Assembly (NCBI GenBank): GCA_963663965.2
Contig: CAXXFK010000020.1
Location: 160,001-224,000 of the forward strand
From: Sedimentisphaerales bacterium
GTDB taxonomy: Bacteria > Planctomycetota > Phycisphaerae > Sedimentisphaerales > SM23-30
Reading direction: 5' to 3'
Length of the DNA stretch: 64,000 nucleotides
The position numbers and the translations under genes were made by a program. Below, piece by piece: positions 36,001 to 45,005 of the stretch; within the stretch, counting starts at the first letter, position 1; each line of letters opens with the position of its first letter. Below the pieces are notes generated by a model, which was not told the origin of the DNA, searched no databases, and saw only the letters and a program-made list of their open reading frames with translations.

Positions 36001-38526
36001 GCACTCGGGCTTTGTCAGCCACTATTGTCAGACAATTCCCTGACTATCGCACAACTGGCCGAACGGATCGAATCATTAGGTCAGTTGCACGACGCCGTGC
36101 GCGAATGGGAGAAACTGGATTACGACAACCGATTTTTCCAAGGCAGACTGGGATTAAAAACCGGAATTCATGCAGATAACCAGGCGGCCCTGTCGGCCCT
36201 GGATCACACGCTGACGCTGGCAACAATTATAGAACGTGACATAACCAGCGGCTGTATCCGAAACTTTCTTTACCAACATCCAGTCGTTCAGAGCTTCGAT
36301 ATATTAAAAACCATGGCATCTCAACTGCGAACCGCCCTGTCTGAACAGACTGCCGGCCGGGACCAGTTCACCCAGTTGATGGATCTGGACCTTGCGGCCT
36401 GGATGGTTCATTCCAGTGACCATCTGGATAAACTGATCGCCAGAAACGACCACGCGCTTCGTCACGATAAATACTTAAGCAACTGGCTCGACTACCTTCG
36501 GGTGCGCGCCGCAATCGTCGCCGCCGGCTTGGAAAACCTGGCCGCCATGCTCGAACGTGGCGAACTGAACCTGACCCGGATTCAAGAGGCCCACCGAGCC
36601 GGTTATTACGACTTGCTGGCCAGAGAGATCCTGTTAAGTCAGCCGGAACTGGCCGGTTTTTCCGGACAGTCCCACGAAGCGATCCAGGCCCAGTTCTGTA
36701 AATGCGATAATCGTCTCAAAACGCTCCAGTGTGAGCGTATCGCCTGGCAGATCGATCAGGTCGAAATTCCCGAAGGGGTGCGCGGCGCGCGTGTGAGTGA
36801 ACATACCGACAGATATCTTCTGGAACATGAATGCAGCAAGAAAACCCGGCATATCCCGATCCGGCAACTACTGAAACGGGCCGGCAATGCGCTGGTCGCC
36901 CTCAAACCCTGTTTTATGATGGGCCCCATGTCCGTCGCCCAGTATCTGGAGCCGGGCAAAAACCGGTTTGACCTGGTCATCATGGATGAGGCCTCACAAA
37001 TTAAACCCCAGGATGCGCTCGGGGCCATCGCGCGCGGTTCGCAGCTGGTGGTCGTGGGCGATCCCAAACAGCTGCCGCCCACCAACTTTTTCGACCGGAT
37101 CCTTGTGGATGATATCGAAGATCCCAGCGCGCTGGAAGAATCGGAGAGCATCCTGGACGCCACCTGGCCCATGTTCCCGGCCAGAAGGCGGCTACGCTGG
37201 CACTACCGGTCTCGCCACGAACAGTTAATCGCGTTTTCCAATTATTCGTTCTACGGCGGCGACCTGGTCCTCTTTCCGTCGCCCTTTCAATCCGCGGAAA
37301 ACTACGGCGTGCAATATACCCGGCTGCTCCGTGGCTGCTTTGTCAACCGGCGTAATCTGGAAGAAGCCAAAACCATCGCCCAGACCGTTCGGGAGCACAT
37401 CACCCAGAATCCGGATTTGTCACTGGGCGTGGTGGCCATGAGCGCCGAACAGCGGTTGCTGATCGAACGCACCATCGAAACCCTGGCCAAAGAAGATGAG
37501 ATCTTCCGGGACACGCTCGAGCAGGATGCCCTTAAATTAGAGCCCCTGTTTATCAAGAACCTTGAAAACGTCCAGGGTGATGAACGGGATGTGATCTTTA
37601 TTTCCATGACCTACGGGCCCAAAGAGCCCGGCGGCAAAGTCTATCAACGGTTTGGCCCGATCAATACCGACGTTGGCTGGCGTCGCTTGAATGTACTCTT
37701 CACGCGTTCCCGCCAGCGCATGCACATTTTCAGTTCCATGGACTCCCAAGATATCATCGCTGACAGGACCGCCAAACGGGGTGTCAAGGCGTTACGCGAT
37801 TTTCTCAGTTACTGCGAAACGGGCGTCCTGCACCGTACTGAAACAGAATCGCAGCGTGCCCCGGACAGCGATTTTGAAATCGCGGTGATGGCCGCTCTTA
37901 ACGAAGAGGGATTCGCATGTGTCCCCCAGGTGGGAGTAGCCGGTTTCTATATCGATGTCGCCGTGGTCGATCCCGGCAATCCCGGCCGATACCTGATGGG
38001 CATCGAATGCGACGGCGCTTCTTATCATTCGGCTAAATCCGTACGGGATCGTGACCGGCTCAAACAGATGGTACTGGAAAGACTGGGCTGGCGTATCCAC
38101 CGCATCTGGTCGACCGACTGGTTCAAAAATCCCCAGGCCCAACTGCAACCTCTGATTCGCGAACTGAATAAACTGAAATCCCAACCGGTCATCAGTGAGC
38201 CGGAAGCAGAAGCACCCCAGACAACCCAGCCGAGGATAGGCGACCATATATTTACGGCAACCGATCTGGAATCGATGCTCATCGAGTTTGACAACGAGGT
38301 AATTCGTAAAGCCCGGCCCGAGACCCCCCAGTATCAACGGCTGTTGCGGCCGGCCATGCTTGAGGCGTTTATGGAATACCGGCCCAGTACCCAGTCGGAA
38401 TACCTCGAAACCATGCCGCAATATCTCAGGCAGGCGACCGATACCGGCGAATTGGCATTCCTGGAAAAAGTACTGGAAATTATCAATATCAATATCGAAA
38501 ACACCCAGTCCGAAAAATCAGCCTGA
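33082..38526 (+). CDS. DUF4011 - SF1 helicase - Vsr/MTES_1575-like nuclease (Hhe-like putative anti-phage protein)
   Basis: LLDLTARNQLLNF (DUF4011), GPPGTGKSQT, DEASQ, HYRSR, ENVQGDERD, RRLNVLFTRSR, GIECDG...DRDR...GWRIHRIWSTDW. Confidence 0.88.
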   Translation: MTQNQSQAYNALQNLRLRLLDLTARNQLLNFRHTRMGSLRIIDELPDQLADTLLSDTEMRFLPVPEPTRDELVQAEYIKIEADSGLEIRLKKDPTAEEWANYLGLSTSYEMPVTETDTAQAKHTDKAIQTLLYPFELEARLKNLMQNSESAIQEMGANILYLSFGFLEWVDQGQEDIRIAPLFLLPVRLHKGRLNPKTKTYEYTLSYSGEDILPNLSLREKLRIDFALALPDFEENITPEAYFRAVQELITKNQPRWQVRRYITLSLLNFSKLMMYLDLDPGRWPAEKNIIDHTIITEFLNGYQPDDNTLEENPATHHFGEEYPIDEMDAIHDRYPLIDDADSSQHSALIDAMDGKNLIIEGPPGTGKSQTITNLIAAAMANGKRVLFVAEKLAALEVVRRRLDAAGLGEFCLELHSHKSQKRKVLDEIEVRLSKHSQYRKPARINSEIKRCEELKAQLKHYVEAIHQPWKETGQTIHAIFMAATRYREALGINPETLHPAGHHGDSLNASTLQQAEDQVDTFARVFAAVVEQLAENGTLQNHPWHGVQNANLQVYDLERVLASLSQWQNSLKYLNQFRTEQADTLQTEQQEIAETLDGFEKFLNDLDHVPALQGDEQLDCLPNLQGETLDAAITGRQLFETIQALYALLLEKVSPDVLGDLSKVEHYRTGIDRLSQLTHPEIELKHLFESLERLKQMQGQIAQWKELIPEIENKLGAEARGFISLTTEGLEEFKALVDLLGELKISHLKLRDPLFDNEELDEILPEMDKALKRLATLRDDLQPYYRLDLLGSSDELVRLKATLDAGGIFRWLKGSWRGARQQLLDLAAGPRVKFSAMRSLISKAVDYLDRKQKIESNRRYAGLLADHFKGMKTDIDTLNSLRDWYKKVRRHYGIGFGKKVALGTALINLPLEPARNIRALSEQEVPLKIGNFLRDLTGLKSTFKPYPALQNDSLPLTGENGIIAGLSAALQEALGLCQPLLSDNSLTIAQLAERIESLGQLHDAVREWEKLDYDNRFFQGRLGLKTGIHADNQAALSALDHTLTLATIIERDITSGCIRNFLYQHPVVQSFDILKTMASQLRTALSEQTAGRDQFTQLMDLDLAAWMVHSSDHLDKLIARNDHALRHDKYLSNWLDYLRVRAAIVAAGLENLAAMLERGELNLTRIQEAHRAGYYDLLAREILLSQPELAGFSGQSHEAIQAQFCKCDNRLKTLQCERIAWQIDQVEIPEGVRGARVSEHTDRYLLEHECSKKTRHIPIRQLLKRAGNALVALKPCFMMGPMSVAQYLEPGKNRFDLVIMDEASQIKPQDALGAIARGSQLVVVGDPKQLPPTNFFDRILVDDIEDPSALEESESILDATWPMFPARRRLRWHYRSRHEQLIAFSNYSFYGGDLVLFPSPFQSAENYGVQYTRLLRGCFVNRRNLEEAKTIAQTVREHITQNPDLSLGVVAMSAEQRLLIERTIETLAKEDEIFRDTLEQDALKLEPLFIKNLENVQGDERDVIFISMTYGPKEPGGKVYQRFGPINTDVGWRRLNVLFTRSRQRMHIFSSMDSQDIIADRTAKRGVKALRDFLSYCETGVLHRTETESQRAPDSDFEIAVMAALNEEGFACVPQVGVAGFYIDVAVVDPGNPGRYLMGIECDGASYHSAKSVRDRDRLKQMVLERLGWRIHRIWSTDWFKNPQAQLQPLIRELNKLKSQPVISEPEAEAPQTTQPRIGDHIFTATDLESMLIEFDNEVIRKARPETPQYQRLLRPAMLEAFMEYRPSTQSEYLETMPQYLRQATDTGELAFLEKVLEIININIENTQSEKSA

Positions 38527-38789
38527 GTACTTCAATATTACCGACCAGATTAAATCTTGCTGATTATGCCGGCGATCTGATTGGAATAAAAAGCAGTATG
38601 AGTAGTTAATCTGTATAGGAAAATTGATGAGATGGGAAACCATCCTGTTTAATGGGCATACCTGGAGGGCAATTAAGCATTGATGTGCTTTGTGGTGTTA
38701 CGAAAGTTTTAATGACTTATTGTATACCCGTCAAAGCGTTAACAGGAACGGGCGCGAAGCGCCGGCATTTGATTTAATGAGGTCAAGCC

Positions 38790-41162
38790 ATGAAAAAGCA
38801 GAAGATGTATTGGCTCATTGGACTATTGATGAGTATGGCAACTGTGGAGAACTGGTCCGCCGGCCAGGCATGGGCCATCGGGGAGGATGTGGATGCAGAA
38901 CTGGCCGCCCCATTCCAGGTCCAGTATTTTGACCTGAGCCAGGTCCGGCTGCTGGACGGTCCATTTCAGCGCGCCATGGAGCATAACAGCGAATGGCTCC
39001 TGTCGCTGGAACCGGATCGGTTTCTGGCCTGGTTTCGCAAAGAGGCCGGTCTGGAACCCAAAGGCGAAGTTTACGGCGGTTGGGAAAGCCAATCCGTCGC
39101 GGGTCACAGCCTGGGCCACTATATGTCAGCCTGTGCGATGATGTACGCGGCGACGGGCGAACCGGAATACAAAAAACGGACAGACTATATTGTCGATGAA
39201 CTGGCGCTGGTTCAGGAAACGAATGGTGATGGCTATATGTCGGCGTTTCCCAACGGTCGCCAGGCCATGGCCGAAGTGAAACGGGGCGAGATCCGTTCGG
39301 CCGGCTTCGACCTGAACGGTATCTGGGTGCCGTGGTACACCCAGCACAAACTTATGGCCGGCCTCAGCGATATCTACCGATATACCCAAAATCCCAAAGC
39401 GCTGGCCGTCTGGAAGCAGCACGCCGACTGGATCGAATCCATTGTGGGCGGCCTGACCGAAGAACAATGGCAGAAAATGCTGGACTGCGAACATGGCGGT
39501 ATGAATGAATCATTCGCCGAACTCTATTCCGTAACCGGCGATGAGCGTTATCTGACCCTGGCGCAGAAATTTTACCATAAACGGATCCTGGAACCGCTCA
39601 GTCGGCGCGAGAATTCCCTGATCGGCGTCCATGCCAATACCCAGGTGCCCAAGGCCATCGGCGCGGCCCGGATCTACGAAGTAACCGGACTGGAAAAATT
39701 TCATACCATCGCCAATTACTTCTGGGATACCGTCGTTCATCATTTTACCTACGCCAACGGTGGCAACAGCGCCGGAGAATATTTCGGCCGGCCCGATATC
39801 CTGGGTGAGCGAATGAACGATACCACTGAAACCTGCAACACCTACAACATGCTAAAACTGACCCGGCATCTGTATTCCTGGGATCCCCAGGCATCCTATA
39901 TGGATTACTACGAATGCGCCCTGCTCAATCACATTCTAACCCATCAACACCCGGACCGGGGCGGAGCGCTGGTCTATAAAGGATTCCTGGATATGCCGGC
40001 CCGTAAGGGCTACAGCCACCCCACCGAATCGTTCTGGTGCTGTGTCGGAACCGGCATGGAAAACCATACCAAGTATGCCAATACGATTTTCGCCTATGCC
40101 CCCGAGACCTTGTATGTCAACTTGTTTATCAGCGCGGAACTGAACTGGTCGGCGCGAGGGATAACCGTACGCCAGAAAACGGAATTACCCACTGGCGAAA
40201 AGACCACCCTGACCTTCCGGTGTGAAAAGCCAACCCGGTTGACACTGAAAGTACGCCAGCCGGCCTGGGCTAAAACCATGACCCTGGCCGTCAAAAGCCA
40301 GCCCCAGGATATCATGATAAATACGGAAGGCTATCTGACCCTGACCCGCACTTTTAAAGACGGCGACATCGTCACCCTGACTACCCCATTAGAATTGCAT
40401 GTTGCCACCCTGCCCGACCGGCCGGACCGGACCGCGTTTTTATACGGCCCCACCCTGCTGGCGACTGTTTTAAAAGATGGTCAGAAACCGCCAAGCCTGG
40501 TCAGCGAAAAGGCGGGCTCGATCCTTGCGGCGTTGAAACCTGCTGGCCCGCTCCGGTTCACCTCCGAGACCCTGGCCTATCAGGTTGAACAGGGCCGGGT
40601 AAAACCCTGTTCACTGGAGATGATCCCGCTCTATCAGATCGCCGACCAGCCTTACACGGTCTATATGGATGTATTCACCCCTCAACAGTGGGAACAGGAA
40701 AAGGAAAAATACGCCGCCGAACAGGAACGGCTCAAAATACTCGAAGCCGCCAGCACGGACATCCTCTACCTGGGCCAGATGCAGCCCGAACGCGATCATA
40801 ACCTGACCAGCGAACAGTCCGGCGCCGGCCAGTTCATGGGTCGCAAATGGCGCGACAGCTATGAGGGCTGGTTTGAATTCGATATGAAGGTCGATCCGGA
40901 CAAGGCAATGGACCTGATCTGTACCTATTGGGGCTCCGATGGCGGTCAGCGCCGGTTCGATATCATGGTCGACGGCACAAAAATCGCCACCCAGATCTTG
41001 AATAATAACAAACCCGGCGAGTTTTTCGATGTCACCTACGCCCTGCCCGAAAAACTGACCAGAGGCAAAACCAAAGTCAGGGTCCGCGCCCAGGCGCTCC
41101 CAGGCAATATCGCCGGCGGTATGTTCGAAGCCCGAACCATACGACGGGGAATGATCGAATAA
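38790..41162 (+). CDS. Secreted beta-L-arabinofuranosidase-like protein (GH127/GH146) with C-terminal DUF6805-like domain
   Basis: YGGWE, GHSLGHY, EHGGMNE, HANTQVPK, ETCNTYN, SFWCCVGTG. Confidence 0.88.
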   Translation: MKKQKMYWLIGLLMSMATVENWSAGQAWAIGEDVDAELAAPFQVQYFDLSQVRLLDGPFQRAMEHNSEWLLSLEPDRFLAWFRKEAGLEPKGEVYGGWESQSVAGHSLGHYMSACAMMYAATGEPEYKKRTDYIVDELALVQETNGDGYMSAFPNGRQAMAEVKRGEIRSAGFDLNGIWVPWYTQHKLMAGLSDIYRYTQNPKALAVWKQHADWIESIVGGLTEEQWQKMLDCEHGGMNESFAELYSVTGDERYLTLAQKFYHKRILEPLSRRENSLIGVHANTQVPKAIGAARIYEVTGLEKFHTIANYFWDTVVHHFTYANGGNSAGEYFGRPDILGERMNDTTETCNTYNMLKLTRHLYSWDPQASYMDYYECALLNHILTHQHPDRGGALVYKGFLDMPARKGYSHPTESFWCCVGTGMENHTKYANTIFAYAPETLYVNLFISAELNWSARGITVRQKTELPTGEKTTLTFRCEKPTRLTLKVRQPAWAKTMTLAVKSQPQDIMINTEGYLTLTRTFKDGDIVTLTTPLELHVATLPDRPDRTAFLYGPTLLATVLKDGQKPPSLVSEKAGSILAALKPAGPLRFTSETLAYQVEQGRVKPCSLEMIPLYQIADQPYTVYMDVFTPQQWEQEKEKYAAEQERLKILEAASTDILYLGQMQPERDHNLTSEQSGAGQFMGRKWRDSYEGWFEFDMKVDPDKAMDLICTYWGSDGGQRRFDIMVDGTKIATQILNNNKPGEFFDVTYALPEKLTRGKTKVRVRAQALPGNIAGGMFEARTIRRGMIE

Positions 41163-43162
41163 AAAGTAGATTAGTTTTAATTTGAATTACCAATGTAAGT
41201 AAGACTATCAACCGCTAGTCTTATAATTAAATAGCCATTTGAACAATAATATCTGGGCACATTTTTCGCCTTAGATTAATAGTAATATCAATAGGCCTGA
41301 ATAATCTTATTGATTCGAACCATTTGATTGTCTCGATTTGATTTCAAACTCATTGCGCCAACTCTTAATTCTATTTTTTGCTTCCTGAATCTCTTCTTCT
41401 GACATTTTCTGTGATAATTTTTTTCAAATTTCAACGCTTTTTCAAATTTTTGTTCTGATATCATAAGCCATTTGTAAGCTTCAATTATATCTTCTGCAAC
41501 ACCATCCCCGAAAAAATACATTGCTGCTAAATAATATTGTGATTCTTTATATCCTTGTTCCGCTGACAATGTAAACCATTTTGCTGCTTTTTGAAAATCT
41601 TGATCAACACCTGAACCATCTAAATATGCGATCCCTAAATTAAATTGCGCTTCAACATTTCCTTGTTCTGCCGCTTTTTGGTTCCAAAAAAATGATTTGT
41701 TTAAATCCAGGGCAACACCATTGCCTGTTTCATACAAGTTTGCCAGTTTAATTTGTGCATCAACTAATCCCTGTTCCGCGGCTTTTAAATACCATTTCGC
41801 GGCGATTGTATAATCCTGATGCACACTTTCACCAGACTCATATAAGAGCCCCAATGCCAATTGCGAATTTTTTTCTCCCTTTTCAGCCGCAAGTCGAAAA
41901 TAGTCTAATCCCTTACTCTGATCCCTTTCTATACCTTCGCCATTAAAATAGATTGCGCCCAGATTATGACTAGCAATATAATTTCCATTTTTTACTGACA
42001 ACTCATACCATTTGATTGCTTCAGTAATATCCCGGTTAATACCTTTACCATTATGATAATAATTACCCAAGTAAAATTGGGCGTCAGGCTCGTTCTGTAA
42101 AGCCGCCTTGTAAAACCAGTCAAACGCTTCTTGGTAACTTTTTATTCCACCAAGCCCTTTATCGCACATGACTCCTATCATGATTTGCGAGTTGACAAAT
42201 CCCTGTTTCGCTGCACACAAAAACCACTTTTTAGCTTCTAAAAAATCTTGATTCACACTATCGCCATCATAATATAAACTACCTATGTAATATTGAGCTT
42301 CAGGATGGCCTTGTTCCGCTGCTCGCAGAATCCAATTATAGGCCTCTATACTATCCTGTGCAATGCCATCTCCTTCACTATATATTCTTCCTAATAAAAA
42401 TTGTGCATCTTTAAGGCCATTTTCTGCGGCTAATTGGATCCACTTTATTGCTTCATTCTTATTTATTTCAGTGCCTGTTCCATTATAATAATATGTGCCA
42501 ACAAGTAATTGAGCTTGGGTATTACCGAGACATGCTGGTAATGTTAACCATTTTAGTGCTTCCTTGTAATCCTGTTTAACATGTTTTCCATTGTTATAAT
42601 AGAGCCCTAGAATGTACATAGCATCAGGGTGATTATTTAATGCAGCTTTGTAGAATAGGTCATATGCTGCCTGGTAATCTTGCTCCATATCACAACCATT
42701 ATCGTAAAATAAACCCAATATAAATTGTGCTTCAGCATTTTCTTGTTCTGCCGCCTTTTTGAGCCACTTCGTAGCTTTGTGATAATCTTGTTGTGTTCCT
42801 TCGCCCTTGTAATACATAGACCCCAAACGGTACTGTGCTTGCGGATGGCCCTGGTCGGCCGCTTTTTCAAGCCATTTTATGGCTAATTCATAATTCTGTT
42901 TTACACCTATTCCACAATCATATGCTTTACCTAAATTAAATTGAGCCTCCGCATGATTATTCAGGGCCGCTCTTTCAAGCCATTCAATTGCCAGAGCATA
43001 ATTTTGAATAACGTCATTACCATTTGCGTATTTTATACCTAATACATATTGCGATTCTGGATCACCAGATTTTGCTTTTTCTTGGATTTGATTAAATTCT
43101 TTTTGACGATCTTCCTCGACGCAATTTTGACCAATGATTTGTTTCAAGATATTAAGTACGAT

Positions 43163-44576
43163 CACTCTTGTCCAAAATAAATTTTGACAATTAAATAGAG
43201 ATATCTCCAGGATGAGTTATATTAAAGTTGCAAAAAAATAAAAAACTCAGCTGGAGATATAAACCCATGATAAAGTCAGGCAGTCTGTTTACGCAAGTAC
43301 TTTCTCTGGTAGATCGTAATGAATTTGCCCGATCTGTAGATCGATTTGGGGCGGAAAAGCATTGCAAGGGCTTCCGTTGCTGGGATCAGTTTGTGTCAAT
43401 GATGTTTTGCCAGTTGGCCGGTGCGAACTCCCTGCGTGAGATCTGTGGTGGATTATCCACGGCCCTGGGCAAATTGACCCATCTGGGCATGAAAGAGGCG
43501 CCCTCCCGTTCCACCCTGAGCTACGCGAATACTCAGCGGCCATGGCAGTTGTATGAAGCGACCTTCTATCAGCTTTATCAGTATGGCGCTGAGATCGCCG
43601 GTAAGCAGAAGCGGCGCTTCCGATTCAAGAACCCGTTATTCAGCATAGATGCCAGCACCATTGACTTGTGCCTTAAGGTGTTTGACTGGGCCAGATTTCG
43701 GCAGCGTAAAGGAGCGGTGAAACTCCACATGATGCTTGATCACCAGGGCTGTTTGCCCAGTTGGGCCTGGATCACCGACGGCAAGGTTCATGATGTCAAA
43801 GCGGCCAGAATGCTTGATTTAGAGCCGGGAACGATCGTAGCGATGGATCGAGGGTATGTCGATTACGAATTATTTGACCACTGGACTGAAACCGGTGTCT
43901 GGTTTGTCACCAAAGCCAAAAGTAATATGAACTACCGCGTGGTCGAATCTCGGGAGGTTCCTGAGAGAGGCAATATTCTGTCCGATGAGTTGATCGAATT
44001 TACCGGTTATCAAGCCCAAAAAAGATGCCCTCGTGTGATGCGGCGGATTGTGGTATGGGATGCGGAAAATGAGCGTGAGATTACCTTGCTGACCAATCAT
44101 CTGACATTTGCCGCCAGCACGATCAGTTCGATCTACAAAGATCGCTGGCAGATTGAGTTGTTTTTCAAGGCGCTCAAGCAGAATTTAAAAGTAAAGACCT
44201 TTGTGGGTACCAGCGAAAATGCCGTCAAGACACAGATTTGGACAGCATTGATATGTAGCTTAATACTGAAGATCATGCAGATGCGTTCCCGTTTTGGCTG
44301 GAGCCTGTCTAACCTGGCCGCCCTGTTAAGGCTTAACTTGATGACTTATCGTGAGTTGTGGACATGGCTGGATAATCCGTATCAAACGGCGGCATTAGGG
44401 CCGCCTGTCAACCAGCCCTTATTGTTTGAACTGTAACTTGGACAGCATGAAATATAACCGTATAAAAAAACAGGGTAACCTGAACTCAGAAAATGGAAAA
44501 ATCTGTCTGAAACAACCCTTTCAGGCCGGTTTAGAGACAACATGTTAGAGATTTCAATTTATTTTGGACAGCAGTG
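43163..44576 (+). mobile_element. Complete IS4-family insertion sequence (1414 bp)
   Basis: TIRs CACTCTTGTCCAAAATAAATT / AATTTATTTTGGACAGCAGTG; 9-bp target duplication AAGTACGAT at 43154-43162 and 44577-44585. Confidence 0.95.
43267..44436 (+). CDS. IS4 family DDE transposase (DUF4372 + DDE_Tnp_1)
   Basis: IDASTI, AMDRGY, YKDRWQIELFFKALKQ (YREK motif); GGAG RBS before ATG 43267. Confidence 0.95.
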   Translation: MIKSGSLFTQVLSLVDRNEFARSVDRFGAEKHCKGFRCWDQFVSMMFCQLAGANSLREICGGLSTALGKLTHLGMKEAPSRSTLSYANTQRPWQLYEATFYQLYQYGAEIAGKQKRRFRFKNPLFSIDASTIDLCLKVFDWARFRQRKGAVKLHMMLDHQGCLPSWAWITDGKVHDVKAARMLDLEPGTIVAMDRGYVDYELFDHWTETGVWFVTKAKSNMNYRVVESREVPERGNILSDELIEFTGYQAQKRCPRVMRRIVVWDAENEREITLLTNHLTFAASTISSIYKDRWQIELFFKALKQNLKVKTFVGTSENAVKTQIWTALICSLILKIMQMRSRFGWSLSNLAALLRLNLMTYRELWTWLDNPYQTAALGPPVNQPLLFEL

Positions 44577-45005
44577 AAGTACGATATTATCGGGTTTCAT
44601 CTCCCCGAGAGTGCGATTTGTATTTGCGCAGACATATCCTGCATAAAATACCAGAGAAATGAATGGTATCACCATAAACCGTTTCTTTTTCATTGCTTAA
44701 TACTCCTTTCACAAATAATGATAACATTGATTAAAATTCAATCTATCAACGAAGTATAAATCTGTAAGTATTTATAACATGGATAATACTGCTGGTAAAT
44801 AAATTTATGTCAATTCTAGTTCATTGTCGGCAATCCATAATCGGAATTTTATATTTAAAATAATTGGGTATATGATATAATACGCCATATAATCTATCGG
44901 ACATTCAGAATATAACATGCGACCAAATATGACATTAAGTAGCGTTGCTATCACATATTGAGTCAGGAAATCCAAGTTCGATTATTATGAAAGGAATTTG
45001 CGGAT

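Larger units (their letters stand above)
41288..44693 (-). pseudogene. Secreted Sel1-like repeat protein split by an IS4 insertion, with an apparent C-terminal frameshift
   Basis: AAAGGAG + ATG 44693 gives MKKKRFMVIPFISLVFYAGYVCANTNRTLGEMKPDNIVL, which joins in frame to NILKQIIG across the 9-bp duplication; many AQxxLGxxYxxGxG...AxxW repeats follow. Confidence 0.85.

Noticed and set aside
38740..38770. GGCGC-GAA-GCGCC hairpin upstream of GH127 as a riboswitch
   Set aside because: Only a short stem; no conserved aptamer motifs recognised.
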